64,000 nt of DNA from NCBI RefSeq assembly GCF_009914755.1, contig NC_060947.1; one strand, written 5' to 3'. The notes beneath the pieces are model-generated. The model saw only the letters and a program-made list of their open reading frames with translations. It was not told the origin of the DNA and made no database searches. The DNA comes from the human T2T-CHM13v2.0 reference genome, Homo sapiens. This document shows, one piece after another, positions 26,501 to 42,641 of the stretch; the stretch's first letter is position 1, and every line of letters starts with the position of its first letter. Both the position numbers and the translations under genes were made by a program.

Positions 26501-26779
26501 GAGAATAATACAGAGAAGGTGGTGAGTTCCTCAGTGAAACCTTTCCAGCAGAATCACTGTACAGTGAAGAACAAAAATCAACAAGCTCCAACAATGTACA
26601 TAGCACTTCCAAATAACTTCATAGGACATTTTCTTAGCTATGGAATACAGGCAAGGACTAACAAATTGTTGCAGAAAGGGTGTAACCTGAGCAAAAAACA
26701 AAAGAAACAAGCAACCATGAACATTGTCAATGACATAAAGAAAAGATAAGTTATTTAATATGCGATACAAAAAGGACCT

Positions 26780-27140
26780 CCCTCTATCTCTCTCTCTACA
26801 CACAAACACACACACATACACACATAAACAGGTTATATATACATATAAACTATACATATATAGACAGATAGATATAACCTGTTTATATGTGTGTGTATGT
26901 GTGTATATAACATCTATATATCTATATATATAGATAGATATAACCTGCTTATATGTGTGTGTATATAACATATGTGTATATCTATATATATATATAGAGA
27001 GAGAGAGAGAGGAAAAAAAGGAAAGAAAGGATAAAGTTGAAGTACTCCTTCACAAGGTAGAAAGAAGAGAGAGAAGGAAGGATAGAGGAAGGAAAGGAGG
27101 GAGGAAGGAAAAAAAAGAAGAAAGGAAAAAAGAAGGAAAG
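26780..27140. repeat. Complex CT/CA/TA/TG/GA microsatellite followed by GGAA-rich tract
   Basis: Direct reading. Includes internal inverted and direct repeats. Confidence 0.9.
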
Positions 27141-27144
27141 ATTA

Positions 27145-28325
27145 GAACAATGACAAAGAAAATAGAAGAGAAAATAGTCAAAGAACTAATTTAAGGACAT
27201 TTAGCAGATCTTAAGAATATGAGATTCTAGGATGAAGTGGCTCAAAAAGTACTCATCACAATGAATGAAAACATAGCTGCATAAATATTATGTTATTAAA
27301 TTTTAACCCTAAACATAAAGAGATTGCCTTTTAAGCTTCCAGGAAGAGAAACACAATCTAATAACATTCAAAACATCACAAATCAGTAGGGTATCAGGCT
27401 TCTCAATGGCAGTATTGAAAACTAGAAGACAAAAGAGCATAGTTTTCAAGATTATGAGGGAAGATGATTTATAATGTAAACTTACATTTATAATGTAAAC
27501 CAGATTATAATTTGGAAGTGATTTAAAAAAAGACATTTTGTGACAGGAAAACAATTTAAAAAGCAACTTCTCACTCATCTTTTCCAGGAAACAACTTGAG
27601 AATATGCTCAAGAAAGTGAGGATGTAAACAAAAATATAGAAATTCAAGGACGTGGATTCAAAACAGTAATGAAGTGAATTTTCAGGATGACAGCAAAAGA
27701 AACTCCATAAAAGCTATGTTGTGGTCCACATTGTAACAGAGAACAGAGAGTTTCAGGAGGAGTTTTTTGCAGATTTAAAAAGAAAAAAAAAGGAAAAAAA
27801 AAACCCAGACTACTTGCTATGGTGGAATGTATTGAAATGAGATTTACATGGCTTAAAGAGAGTGTAGTTATGGACTACTTATAAGTTCAGTGAAAATCAG
27901 GGTAATAAAAAAATCTAAAAGGTTATTTTTAATTCCAAGGAAAGGAAAACATCATAAATATATGAATAATTAATGCTTCCTTAATTAAAAAAACTGTGAT
28001 ACAAGTATAATGGAAGCAGAGAAGAAAGAATTTTTTTTCTTTATTGGAGGTTGAGAGCATAAAGCTAAAGCCTCATATTCTATAGTAGGAAGTTAACAGG
28101 TAATATGAAAGTAGAAAAAAATGAATACTACTAGTATAATCACACTATTTAGGACTGTGGAAATAATCTATAAGAGTTGAGAACCTGTTTTAGAGAAGAA
28201 GAATAAGTCATTAAGAGGAACAGGGCAGATGACCGAACAATTTATTTTCCTTTATTAACATGTGGAATAATTTCAGTTTTTAAACTCTGTGCATATATAA
28301 TTTTGATTAAAATAAAATTAAATGT
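27145..28325 (+). mobile_element. HAL1/old L1 ORF1-like element
   Basis: 'atcaggcttctcaatggcagtattgaaaactagaagacaa...ttcaagattatgagggaa' and 'gaattttcaggatgacagc' resemble HAL1. Confidence 0.6.
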
Positions 28326-28913
28326 ACAGCAAAACTACAAATTGCACAATTTTTCTAAAAGCTACTCTGGCTATTCATTTTCTGAGTGATTGTAAACCAC
28401 TTATTTTGCTGCCACTTTGTGTGGCTTTTGCTTTTGTTTTTGTTTCATTTTTTAAAGCAGTAGTCATTTCATTAACAAAATAAATGTCTTGCTAGTTTCC
28501 CACAGTGAACTTGGTCAATAAAAATATAGTGTATGTTATCTAATTCATTAGTAAGAATATTTGTATTTCTTTAATCAATTGAAAACCTCCCTTAGTTCCA
28601 CTATCTCATTTCCCTGGTCTTATTTTAGGCCTTCATTATCTGTTGCCCCTACATAATCAAAATCAGCTTCTGCATGATATTTTTGCATTTACATTCTGTG
28701 AAATTAAAGTCTTCTTTTTAAAAACATATGTAAACATAAAATAGTAATTGTGCAGACAACAATGTTTTAATTAGATTTTATGCACACAGGCCCATTTCAT
28801 GTAATATATTCCCAGAATGACAGGTTTCAACTAGGTACAGAGAGTTAGTTAAGCTAACTAATGATTTTTCGTTCATAATAGAACTTAAAACGGAACATTA
28901 AATAATAGATGTG

Positions 28914-29281
28914 TGTATTAATCCATTCTCATGCTGCTAATAAAGACATACCAGAGACTGGGTAATTTATAAAGAAAAAGAGGTTTAATGGACTCACAAG
29001 TTCCACATGGCTGGAGAGGCCCCACAATCACGGTGGGAGGTGAAGGAGGAGCAAAGGCACGTCTTTCATGGTGGAAGGCAAGGGGGAGTGTGTGCAGGGG
29101 ACGTGCCCTTTATGAAACCATTAGATCTCATGAGACTTATTCACTATCATGAGAACAGCATGGGAAAATTCTGCCTTCATGATTTAATTACCTCCCACTG
29201 GGTCCCTACCATGACACATGGGAATTATGGAAGCTACAATTCAAGATGAGATTTGAGAGGGGACATAGCCAAACCATATCA
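28914..29281 (-). mobile_element. THE1C-like MaLR solo LTR
   Basis: tgtattaatccattctcatgctgctaataaagacatacc...aaaccatatca. Confidence 0.9.
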
Positions 29282-32073
29282 GTGAGCTAGTAGCTGCTCC
29301 CTGTCTTTCAGACATTAATCCCAAGTCCTTTTTTAACCAGTTATACATGGCTTGGCATAATTCTATGATATAATGGTAATACTGGAAATATCATCAATAA
29401 ATACTCTACATAGTATTTTTTAATTTCTTAGCCGCATAAAACAGTTTTAAGCATCAAATTTATGTGTCCTATATTAAAACTGTGCAAAGAGATTTTTATA
29501 ATGATACCACCTTTATTATTTTAAATTTGTTCAGTTTTTTTCTCTTTTAAAGATAGTTTGAAAAGTTAAAGCCACATTACTGTGACTCACTCCAGCTCAC
29601 TACTTTTAACATATTAATATATACACACAAACACACATATATGCACATTTTACAAATCTTTCCGATCTGTGAAAAGAAAAATGGTTTTACTTTTTTTCTG
29701 TTTTCTATATCATAATTTTCATAACATATCACTCCCAAATTTAGTTACTTGTTTGTTTTCTAGTATCATAACTTTAAAATGCCTTTTTTTTTAAAAAAAA
29801 AAGCTGTCTCTTTGAATATCTCAGGGTGACACCTCATTGTACACTACATTGTCTGATTACATCAGTCACATAGGATTAGGTTGTGTCTGTAATGAACACA
29901 ATGTGACTGAAGTAACTGGGCATGACATATCACAGCACTTGGTTAGCTGATCTGTAAAATCCAATGTAGGTTTCTGAAGTGGAAAAGAAGAGGCAGTAAG
30001 TTAAAGTGTAATGACTAACTTCAGAAAATTGAGTTTCTTCCATATTCCTTTATAATGTAGGAGAGCCAGACAGAGTTACAAAATAGAGTTGCTCCAGCCA
30101 TCAAAAATGTGTAGAAATCTACATTTTGTCCAATCAGAGTCTGTATATAGATTATATCACTCTGTACAGCTTGTTCTAATGTCCAAATTTATATCCATTT
30201 TATAGAGAAGCATTTTCAGCTCTCTTTCATCCTTAGTCTGCTGGCTAGTGATGTACCACTATGTAAAAATAGGGTCACCAACGTTTGTAAATATGCCTCC
30301 ACACATAAGCTCTGTGGAACCAAGCCTAATGAAAACTGCAATTTGGTTAACTGACTCCAGGAAAAGCATCTCTAAAGTATATTTTTATTCTTCAAAGGGC
30401 ATGCTAACCTTAAGAAACCTACAGGAACCTAAAGATTAGTACAATTCTTAAAGGCCAGGCTTTCCTGTGCTACTAAGCTAAGGAAATCTATCATTGTGAT
30501 CATTTTGCAGTAACATTGCTTCAGCTGTCAAAGAGATCTCTGGGGCGGTTCCCTCAATTTGAAACTGCATGACGTTTTGGAGCCATCGACTAAAAGCCAC
30601 ATGGAAAGTTTATCATTTATATGCAACATATGTGGTTTCTCTACAAGATTTTTACAACCGAGTTGATAAACTCTCAGCCAAAACCAAACACATTTATCAT
30701 CTTGCTTAGCCTGTGCATCATTACATTTGATATGTGCTGTATTTCCTTTAAACTTTTTGAAGTATTTAAAATAGCACACAGATGTAGAGACCTTAGGCAC
30801 AGAATCTAGTATATTGCTTCTTTCCATTAGCCTATTGAAGTAAATTTTTGATTAATGGTTTTGTCGCATTGGTATTTTTAATACTCATTTTTAGTCTATT
30901 CTCTTTATAGAGGGGAGATACCACCTGACCGTTATTTTACCTTTGGGGAACATTGATAGTTATAAATGTAACAAATGCATCACGTGTCAAAGAAAGTAAC
31001 TGGCTAAGCCTAAGCTCAAGAGGTGGAAAGCTATATTCTGTTTATGGAGACGGGATGGGGAGGGAATCAATAATTTAGAACAATGATCTAATATAATGCA
31101 AATGGTAACTAAGATGGTGCATTAAATGGTGAATGTCCTCTTATGTTTTTTAAATGCTGATCACATTGCCACTATCTGTGAAGAGATGGTTTAATTAACA
31201 AATATGTAAGATAAGAGCTATTGGATAATTTTGTGGTTTTTTTGTATTCAATTTTGCTAGGTTCTTCTGGAGCAAACTACAAATCCAGGTTACATTGCTT
31301 TCTATCATTCAAACATTCAACCACTCATTCACTAAATATTCGCCCATCACCTTTTATATGTAAGACAAATAAAGAAATAAAATTAATATGTACTGAGTTT
31401 GTATTATGTGAATAGCACTGTGCTAAATGATTTCTACAAACAATAATTATTTTCATTTTATAAACAATGAAGCTCTAGCACAAATATTAAATGAGTTGTT
31501 TAAGATCTTTCAGTTTAGCTGCTGGAGTCAGACCAAACCCAAATACTACACTAGGCCTACTTTCAAGGACCTTGTGATCTAGAACACAAAAATCAAGTGA
31601 CAGTGATTATAACAAAATGTTGTAAATACTACTCTGACCACATCAGTGTAATTAAATACCACTCCTGGCTAAACTGGATTTCCATAAAATCTTTCAATAA
31701 AACATATCCCTGACATGTAACATGACATGTCTATATATTTATTTGATGGAGATAAGAAGATAAAAAGTGGATTATAAACATACAAAGTTGCTAGAAAAAA
31801 CTTCATTCAACAATTTTTTATAGGAATAGATAAGGTCCATAAGGACCTGGTCTAGAGAAAAAGTAGTGTCCCAAGTACCTATCACTGACACGACCTTTAC
31901 AAGACTTGAGTCCTGGCTTTGATATGAAGAAGTTGTACTTCATCATTATTAAGATGCTTTCAAGATACATGATTCTGTGGTAATTATATCATAAAGTATC
32001 AATGGCATTAAATACACTTAAAAATTCTGCATGGTTTATAATAATTGGTTAGGAAAAAGTCAAGTTGCATATA

Positions 32074-32398
32074 CAGGTTGGGGCCAGCAGTGTTTTAGAT
32101 TTGGGACATTTTTTGGATTTAGAATATTTGCATATACATAATAAAATATCCTGGGCACAGGACAACGTTTAAACAAGAAATTTAACCTTCATATTAACCT
32201 TTTGCACATTCCTTAAAGGTAATTTCATACAATAATTTTTATAATAATTTTGTGCATGAAACAAAGTTTTGACTATGACCAATCACATGAGGTCAGATGT
32301 GGAAATTTTCTCATGTGGTATCACGTTGGAGATCAAAAAGTTTCAGAATTTGGAGCACTTTGGATCTCAAATTTTTGTGATTTGGGATGCTCAACTTG
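32074..32398. mobile_element. Tigger4b/MER46-type TcMar DNA transposon MITE
   Basis: TA|caggttg ... gggatgctcaacttg TIRs; internal 'aataattttgtgcatgaaacaaagttttgact...cacatgaggtcag'. Confidence 0.85.
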
Positions 32399-32511
32399 TG
32401 TGCACTACATAGCCTTAAATAAGTTTCTTAATTCCTTTGATTTAAAGTTTCGTTGGTTATAAAAGGGGAATAAAAACAGCTCCCTCAAAGGGTTTTGTGA
32501 GCTTCCAGTTA

Positions 32512-34527
<2,016 letters not shown>

Positions 34528-34789
34528 TAAACATCCAGTACGGGGCTTGTCTCAGAAGAAGCATTAAGAAAATAAAGAGTTTTGTTATCTACCTAGAGCT
34601 TATGAAGCCTGAGCTATGAATCCCTGTGTAATCATGGTTTTACTTACATAACTATTGCACACACAGGGCTACCCTGGAGTTAAGTGCTCAATAAATATTT
34701 GATGGATCAATAAATGTGTATTAAGCAGTTAGCTATTCTCTTCCTCCAACGTTATTTCCAACCAGATGTTGACAACCAATTGCATTGAC

Positions 34790-34990
34790 TCGGTTTTAAT
34801 CTCATTCTAGCACTTACTGGCTGGCTATATGACCATGGGTAAGCTACCTAACTTTTCTGAGTTTCAATTTTTCTCATATATAAAATGAGAAAAAATATTA
34901 TCTTCTTTATAGGACTTGTGTTCAGATTAAATGACATACTGCAAGGAAAGTGCCTCGTACAGTGTCTGGTCGTAGCAAGCATACAAAAAA
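34790..34990 (+). mobile_element. MIR SINE
   Basis: 'gaccatgggtaagctacctaacttttctgagtttcaatttttctcatatataaaatgag...agattaaatga'. Confidence 0.75.
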
Positions 34991-36019
34991 CTGGTCCCAT
35001 ATTTCCAAAGTTCTACGCAACTAAATTATGCTGGTAGAAAAATAACTATGATGTTCAACTATGCATCAGTTGTATCTGTGACAAAAGTATATTTAAAACT
35101 AAAAAGTCTTTGAATACTTAAAATTAATTGAACAAGAAGTACAATACATAAATTAAAAGCATTAACATACTCTAATAGCGTGTACACATTTTACAGCCAT
35201 ATACACTGCATAAACACCAAAATATCTATGTCATATTAAAAATAAAACATTAGTCTTCTAGTTACATGAAATTACTTAATTTAATACTAAAACTAATAAA
35301 CAAATGGCTGGGTGACAATCCTAAGAAATGTAATTGATCAATAAGAATGGGAAGTGAAAAAAGTGAATTAAAAGTTCACCCCTACCCATAAACATTCTTT
35401 CCAAATGCATTTAAGTGCACTGATAAAAATCAACCTTCAGGGTGAAAAAGGAAGTGAAAGCTTTTTTCTTCATTTCAACCTTATCTATGAAGGTCATCAT
35501 TTTTTTTTTTTTGTTCTAATGCACTTAGCTAACAACTGAAAAGAAAGAGAATTCTCCACAATGATACTTCAATATATTCCCTGATTCCAGTCAATTTTTT
35601 CTCACTTTTACTTGTACCCTCCCCTTGGGGCTTTTGACCTAGAGAGTCATTTTGAGAACAGAACTGTTTTCTGTAAACTTTTGATGTGAGGGAAAAATTT
35701 TGTTGGCCATATCTAGATTTTTCTCTCCTGAGGGAAAAGTAAAATTTTTGTGTATTGAAAAAATGTGCATGTAGAGAGTGAATTAAAAAACCTTATTTGC
35801 TCATGAGGTAAAAGGTAGACAGATGTTGGTCAGAAACAAGTTGACCACAAAATGAAGGGAAGCTAAAACTCAGGCTGATTATGGTATAGCCTGGGCCATG
35901 GCATGTCTTAGTTCTAAAAGAATAAATGGGATATTTAAATTATGAGCTGTCAAGGGTAAATAAGTCTATAGTGCTGTTGATAGTAAAGGCAAAGACACCA
36001 TAATGGTAAACTAGAACAG

Positions 36020-37710
36020 TGGTAATATAGAGAGGTTGTAATAACTTTGAAAAATCAATTAATATAATTCACCACACCAGCACATTTGTGAGAAAAATCA
36101 ATGACCTCTCTAAATAAACAAAAAGAATTTGTTAAAATTCAACAAAATTTTTGTCCCCCTCATTCATAGGAAGAAAAAAAAACTTAGCAAACAAGGGATA
36201 TTTTTAATCAGGAAAACACCTACAAAATTAAGAGCAAACATAATAATGTTAAAATGGTAAAAATCATTTACTTGTCTAGATCTGTGTTAATAGTTGTTGA
36301 ACACTGAAAATATTTCACAGTTTACTGACTTCAGTACCTAGACAAGGGTGCTTGTTATTACCATTTCTTTTCAACACTGCACTGGCCATCCTACTCAGTA
36401 ATGTAAGTGAAAAGAACAAATCTGCAGGGATTGGAAAGGATTTTATGATTCTGTAGACAGACAACTCAAGATAATTTATGAATAAATCATGGAATTAAGG
36501 TAAAATTTCAGCAAGGTGGTTGTTTACAAAAATCACTATGGAAAATCAAATTGCATTTGTAGATACCAAAAACTAACAGGAAGAAAACGTAATTTAAAAA
36601 ACATACTTACAATAACACCAAAATATAATTATACTTATTACAAAAGTTTTCTTGAGACATTTAAAAACTTTATGAAAGATATTAAATAATTATGAAATAA
36701 ATGGTAATCCTATGGACTGAATTATGTCACCCAAAAACTCATATTAAGAACCAAATCTTCAATGTGCCTGTATTTGGAGATAGAGCCTTTAGGGAAATCA
36801 TTCAAATTAATGAGATCATAAGGATGGGGCCCTAATCCCATAGAACTGATGATCTTATAAGAAGAAGAGACCCCGGAGAACTCTCTGCATGTACACAGAG
36901 GAAAGGCCATCTGAGGACACAGTGACAAGGTAAACCAGGAAGGAGACCTCACCAGAAAGCAACCCTAATGATACCTTGATCTTGGAATTGTGGCCATGAA
37001 AACTGACAAAATAAATTTCTGCTATTTAAGCCACTCACTCTGTTGTGTTTTGCTATGGCAGCCCTAGCAACAAATACAAGTGAAATATATTAGGTTTATG
37101 GATCAGAAGACTGCAAATCATTAAAAAAATCTTATCTCCTTAAAATAATCTATATAATTATTCTTTTCTTCAATATTCAACAATTATTTATTGGGTCCCT
37201 ATTATACACTAAGCATTATATTAGGCCTATGGGGTATAAGTGTGAGCAAAAAAATAATAATCACTGCCCTGATAAGCTTATATACTGGTTTCTGAAGTTT
37301 AGAGTCAATTACTTAAGAATATAGAATCTAGAATTTGAAAAATTTTAAGTTGAATACATTGCCAGCAAAAAAAAAATTCCAGGGTTTTTTGGTGCAATTT
37401 TACCTAATTTTAACGTATATATTCAAGTGAAAATGTCCAAAAATAGCAAAGACATGTGAAGAAGAAAACTATGGTAGTATGATTTGCCTAACAAGGTGTA
37501 AACATTATTATAAAACTATATTAAGTCAGGACAGATGAATAGACAAACATATACATTGAACAGAACAAGGGATCCCAAACCAGAAATGATATATAAATGG
37601 AAATTTGATACCTAATGAGTTGGCAAGATTAGAAAGACTTTTCAAAGTGTTGTTAGGACAATTGGTTGACTATATGATTAAAAAAGTGAAATAGGACCTA
37701 TAATTCACCG
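36020..37710 (+). mobile_element. Old L1M (L1ME-like) ORF2 fragment, interrupted by MLT1B and an L2 piece
   Basis: Degenerate RT-region homology ('agacaagggtgcttgttattaccatttcttttcaacactgcactgg', 'ttcagcaaggtgg'). Confidence 0.65.
36708..37078 (+). mobile_element. MLT1B-like MaLR solo LTR
   Basis: 'tatggactgaattatgtc...gtatttggagatagagccttt...gaggaaaggccatctgaggacacag...tatggcagccctagcaacaaataca'. Confidence 0.85.
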
Positions 37711-37734
37711 CATGTATTTTTTTCCTAATTTTAG

Positions 37735-39979
37735 TTTGTATATTTTTTTTAATTTTTAGTTTTTTGTGGGTACAGAGAAGCTGTGTATATGTATTGGTTA
37801 CATGAGATATTTTGATACAGGCACACAATGTGTCATAATCACATCAGGATAAATAGAATATCTACCGCCTCAATAATGTATCTTCTATTTTCCTTTTTAT
37901 ATACTAATTTTGTTTTAATTTTTAAAATCAGGCATACAATGTATAATAATCACATCAGGATCAGAAGAAATGGGGTATTCATCACCTGAAGCATTTATCC
38001 TTTGTGTGAGAAACAATCCAATTATACTCTTTTAGTTATTTTAAAATGTATGATTAAATTGTTACTGACTACAGTCACCCTACTGTGCTATCAAACACTG
38101 GATCTTATTCATTCCTTCCATTTTTTTGTACACATTAACCACCCCGACTTCTTTCCCAAAGCCCTACTACACTTTCCAGCCTCTGATAACTATCATTTTA
38201 CTTTCAATGTCATGAATTCTATTGCTTTAATGTTTAGCTCCCACAAATGAGTTAGAATGTATGAAGTTTGTCTTTCTGTGCTTGACTTATTTTACTTAAC
38301 ATTATGACCTTCAACTCCATCCATGTTGTTGCAAATGATAGGATCTCATTCCTTTTTATGGCTGAATAGTATTCCATTGTGTATATGTACCAAATTTTCT
38401 TTATTAATTCATCTGTTGATGGACAATTAGGTTGTTTCCAAATCTTAACTATTGTGAATAGTGTTACAATAAACATAGGAGTGCAGGTACATCTTTGATA
38501 TACTGATTTCCTTTCTATTGGGTATATACTGAGCAGTGGTAGTTCTACTTTTAAAATTTAAGGAACCTCCAAATTGTTCTCCCATAGTGGTTGTAGCAAT
38601 TTACATTCCCACCAACATTGTATGAAGGTTTCCTTTTCTCCACAAACTTGCCAGCATTTGTTATTGCCTCTCTTTTGGATAAAAGTTATTTTAACTGGGG
38701 CGAGATGATATCCCATTGTAGTTTTGATGTGCATTTCTCTGATGATAGATGTGATGTTGAGCACCTGGTCATGTACCTGTTCACCATTTGTATGTCTTCT
38801 TTTGAGAAATATCTATTCAGATTTATTGCCGTTTTTAAACAGATGTTTAATTTTTTTTTCCTATTGAGTTGTTTGAGCTATTTATATATTCTGGTTATTA
38901 ATCTCTTGTCAAATGAGTAGTTTGCAAATATTTTCTCCCATTCTGTGAGTTGTCTCTCCACTTTGTTGTTTCCATTGCTGTGCAGAAGCCTTTTAACTTG
39001 GTTGGATCCAAGTTGTCCATTTTTGTTTTGGTTGCCTATGCTTATGGGGTATTACTCAAGAAATCTTTGCCCAGTTTAATGTCCTGAATAGTTTTCCCAA
39101 TGTTTTCTTTTAGCAGTTTCATACAGGGAGGTCTGATATTTAAGTCTTTAATCCATTTTGACTTGATTTTTTATAATTGGAAGATAGGACTTCAGTTCCC
39201 TTTGACTGCATATTGATAAGTTTTTCCAGCACCATTTGTTGAAACAACTATGCTTTCCCCGATATTCTTGGCACCTTAGTCAAAAATGAGTTCACTGTAG
39301 ATGTGTGGATTTGTTTATGCATTCTCTCTTCTGTTCCATTGCTCTATATGCCTGTCTCCATGCCAATACCATGCTGTTTTGGTTACTATATCTCTGTAAT
39401 ACAATTTGAAGTCTGGTAAGATGATTTCCCCATTTTAATTTTTTTTTGTAGAGGATAGCTTTGGTTATTCTGTTTTTTGGTGTGTGTGTTTCTATATAAT
39501 TTTAGGACTATTTTTTTCTATTTCTGTGAAGAATATTATTGGTATTTTGATAGGGATTGCATTGAACCTGTAGATTGATTTGGGTGGTAAGGATATTTTA
39601 ACAATTTTGATTTTTCTAATCCATGAGCATAGAATCTTTCCAATTTTTTTGTGTCATTTTCAATTTATTACATCAGTGTATTATAGTTTTAATTGCAAAG
39701 TTCCTTCACTTCTTTGTTTTTATTCTCAAGTATTTTATATATTTGTAGCTATTTTAATGACCTTGCTTTTTCAATTTCTTTTTCAGATTGTTTGCTATTT
39801 GCATACAGACATGTTACTGATTTTTCTACATTGATTTTGTAACCTGCAATATTACTAAATTTGTTTACAGTAATCCCATGAGTTCTAATCATTTTTTGGT
39901 GGAATCTTTAGGTTTTCCAAATATATGATCATATCACATACAAACAAGATCATTTGACTTCCTCTTTGCCCTTCTTTGG

Positions 39980-40035
<56 letters not shown>

Positions 40036-42622
40036 CTTTCCTTCTTTCTTTCTTTTCTTCTTTTTCTTTCTTCTGTGTGTTGATTTCTGTAGATAGGACT
40101 TCCATTACTATGTTGAATGACAGTAGTGAAAGTGGGCATCCTTTTCTTCTTTGACTTCTCAGTGTAAAGGCTTTCACGTTTTCACCATTCAGTATGTGAC
40201 CAGCTGTGGGTCTACCTGTGTTGAGTTGTGTTCCTTTTATACCAAGTTTTTTGAGGGCTTCTATCATGAAGAGATTTTAATTTTATCAAATGGTTTTTCA
40301 GCATCAATTGCAATGATCATATGGTTTCTGTCCTTCATTCTGTTGATATAATGTATCATATTGATTGATTTGCATCTACTGAAACATCCTTTCATCTCTG
40401 GAATATATCCCACTTAGTCATGATGAATGATCATTTTCAACTGTTGTAGAATTTGATTTGCTAGTATTTTCTTGAGAATTTTTGCTCAGTGTTCATCAGG
40501 AATAGTGGTCTGTAGTTTTCTTTTTTGATGTGTCTTTGTCTAGTTTTGATATTATGGTAATACAAAATGCACAGAATAAGTGTGAAAGAACTCCCTACTC
40601 CTCTATTTTTTGGAATAGTTTCAGCCAGATTAGTATGAGTTCTTTAAATGTTTGGTAAAATTCAGCAGTGAAACCATCAAATCTTGGGCTTTTCTTTGCT
40701 GGGAGATATTTATTAGGGCTTCAATCTCATTACTTTATATTGGTGTGTTCAGGTTTTGGGTTTTTTATGGTTCAACCTTCTTAGGTTGTGTATGTCTAGG
40801 AATTTATCCATTTCTGTTAGGTTTTCCAATTTATTGGCACATCATAGTTGTTTATAGTAGCCTCCAATGATCCTTTAATTTCTGTGGTATTGATCGTGAT
40901 GTCGCCTTTTTCATCTCTGATTCTATTTATTTGAGTCTTCTCTCTTTTGTTCTTAGTTTGATTAAGGGTTTGTCTGTTTTGTTTATCTTTTCAAATATAT
41001 CAACTTTTTATTTCATTGATCTTTTGTATATTTTTAATTTCATCTATTTCTGTTCCGATCTTTATTACTTTTTTTCTTCTACTAATTTTGGGTTTCACTT
41101 GCTCTTGCTTTTCTAGTTCTTTAAGATGCATCATTAGGTTGGTTATTTAAAGTTTTTCTTCTTATTAGATATAGGCCCTTATTGCTATAGTCTTTTCTCT
41201 TAATAACGATTTCACTGTATCCCATGGGTTTTGTTAGATTGTGTTTCCATTTTAAATTGTTTCCATAATTAAACAAAATTCTTCTAAATTTATTCATTTT
41301 ACCACTGGTAATTCATTAGCATATTGTTTAATTTTCATGTGTGTGTATAGTTTGCTAAATTCATCTTGTTAATGATATCTAGTTTTATTTCACTGTGGTC
41401 AGATAATATTGCTTTACTTTTTTGAATTTTTTAAGACCTTTTTTATGCCCTAATACATGAGATATACTTGAGGATAATCCATGTGTTGAAGAGAAGAATG
41501 TGGACTTCACAGCCGTTGGATTAAATGTTCTATAAATAACTACTAGGTCAATTTGTTCTATTGTGCAGATTAAATTTGATGTTTCTTTTTAAATTTTCTG
41601 TCTGGATGATCTGTCCAATGCTGAAAATAGGGTGTGGAAGTCTCCAGGTATTACTGTATTGGGGTATATCTCTTCGTTTAGTTCTAATAATATATGCTTC
41701 ATATATCTGGGTGCTCCAGTGTTGAGTGCCTATATATTGACAATTGTTATTTTTTTTGCTGAATTCTTCCCTTTATTGCTATATAATGACCTTTTTTGCT
41801 ATTTTTTATACTTTTTGTCTTGAGATCCATTTTGTCTGATGTAAGTATAGCTACTCCTGCTTTTTTTTTTTCTGGTTTTCATTGAGATGGAATATATTTC
41901 TCTATCCCTTTGTTTTCAGTCTCTTTGTGTATTCATAGGTGAAATGTTTTTCATGTGGGCAATAGATTGCTGGGATTTTAAAAAATCCATTCATCACTCT
42001 ATGTCTTTTGATTGGAGAGTTTAGTCCATTTATGTTCAATGTTATTATCAATAAGTAAGAACTTACTTTTATTTTTTATTTGTTTTCTGGTTGTTTTGTT
42101 GTCTTCTCTTCCTTCTTTCCTTCCCTCGTGTCTACGTTTTAGTGAAGGTGGTTTTCTCAGGTCTTATGTTTGAATTTCTTGCTTTTAATTTTGTGTGTGT
42201 ATGTTGAACTTTTTTTAAATTGATGTTAGAATGAGGTTTGCAAAGAACATCTTATAACCCATTATTTTAAACTGATGGCCACCTAACACTGATTGCATAG
42301 GAACAACCAGTCTAACAAACAAGCAAAGATAAAACTAATCAAGGCTCTACCCTTAACTTCATCTCCCTGCTTTTTAACATGTTGTTGTTTCTATTTGTAT
42401 TTTATTGTATTGCCTATGTCTTGAAAAGTTGTCATAGTTATCATTTTTTATTGGTTCATTTTTTAGCCTTTCTACTCACAATATGAGTAATTTACAGAAC
42501 TTAATTACAGTGTTATAATATTCTGTGTTTTTCTGTGTACCCACTGTTACCAGTGAGTTTTGGACTTTCAGATGATTTCTTATTGCTCTATTGCTAATGT
42601 TCTTTTCCTTCAGATTGAAGAA
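37735..42622 (-). mobile_element. L1MA2/3-like LINE-1 (3'UTR, ORF2, spacer)
   Basis: L1MA 3'UTR ('tgtgggtac', 'cagtcaccctactgtgctatcaaa') and continuous antisense ORF2 homology. Confidence 0.88.
39981..40072. repeat. (TTTC)n microsatellite in L1
   Basis: About 13 perfect TTTC units followed by a degenerate tract. Confidence 0.95.
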
Positions 42623-42641
42623 TTATTGAGATATTATCTCA

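Noticed and set aside
26955-27194. Lys/Glu/Arg-rich ORFs (also 39885-40267, 60331-60594)
   Set aside because: Translations of GA/TTTC/CCTT microsatellites, which lack stop codons.
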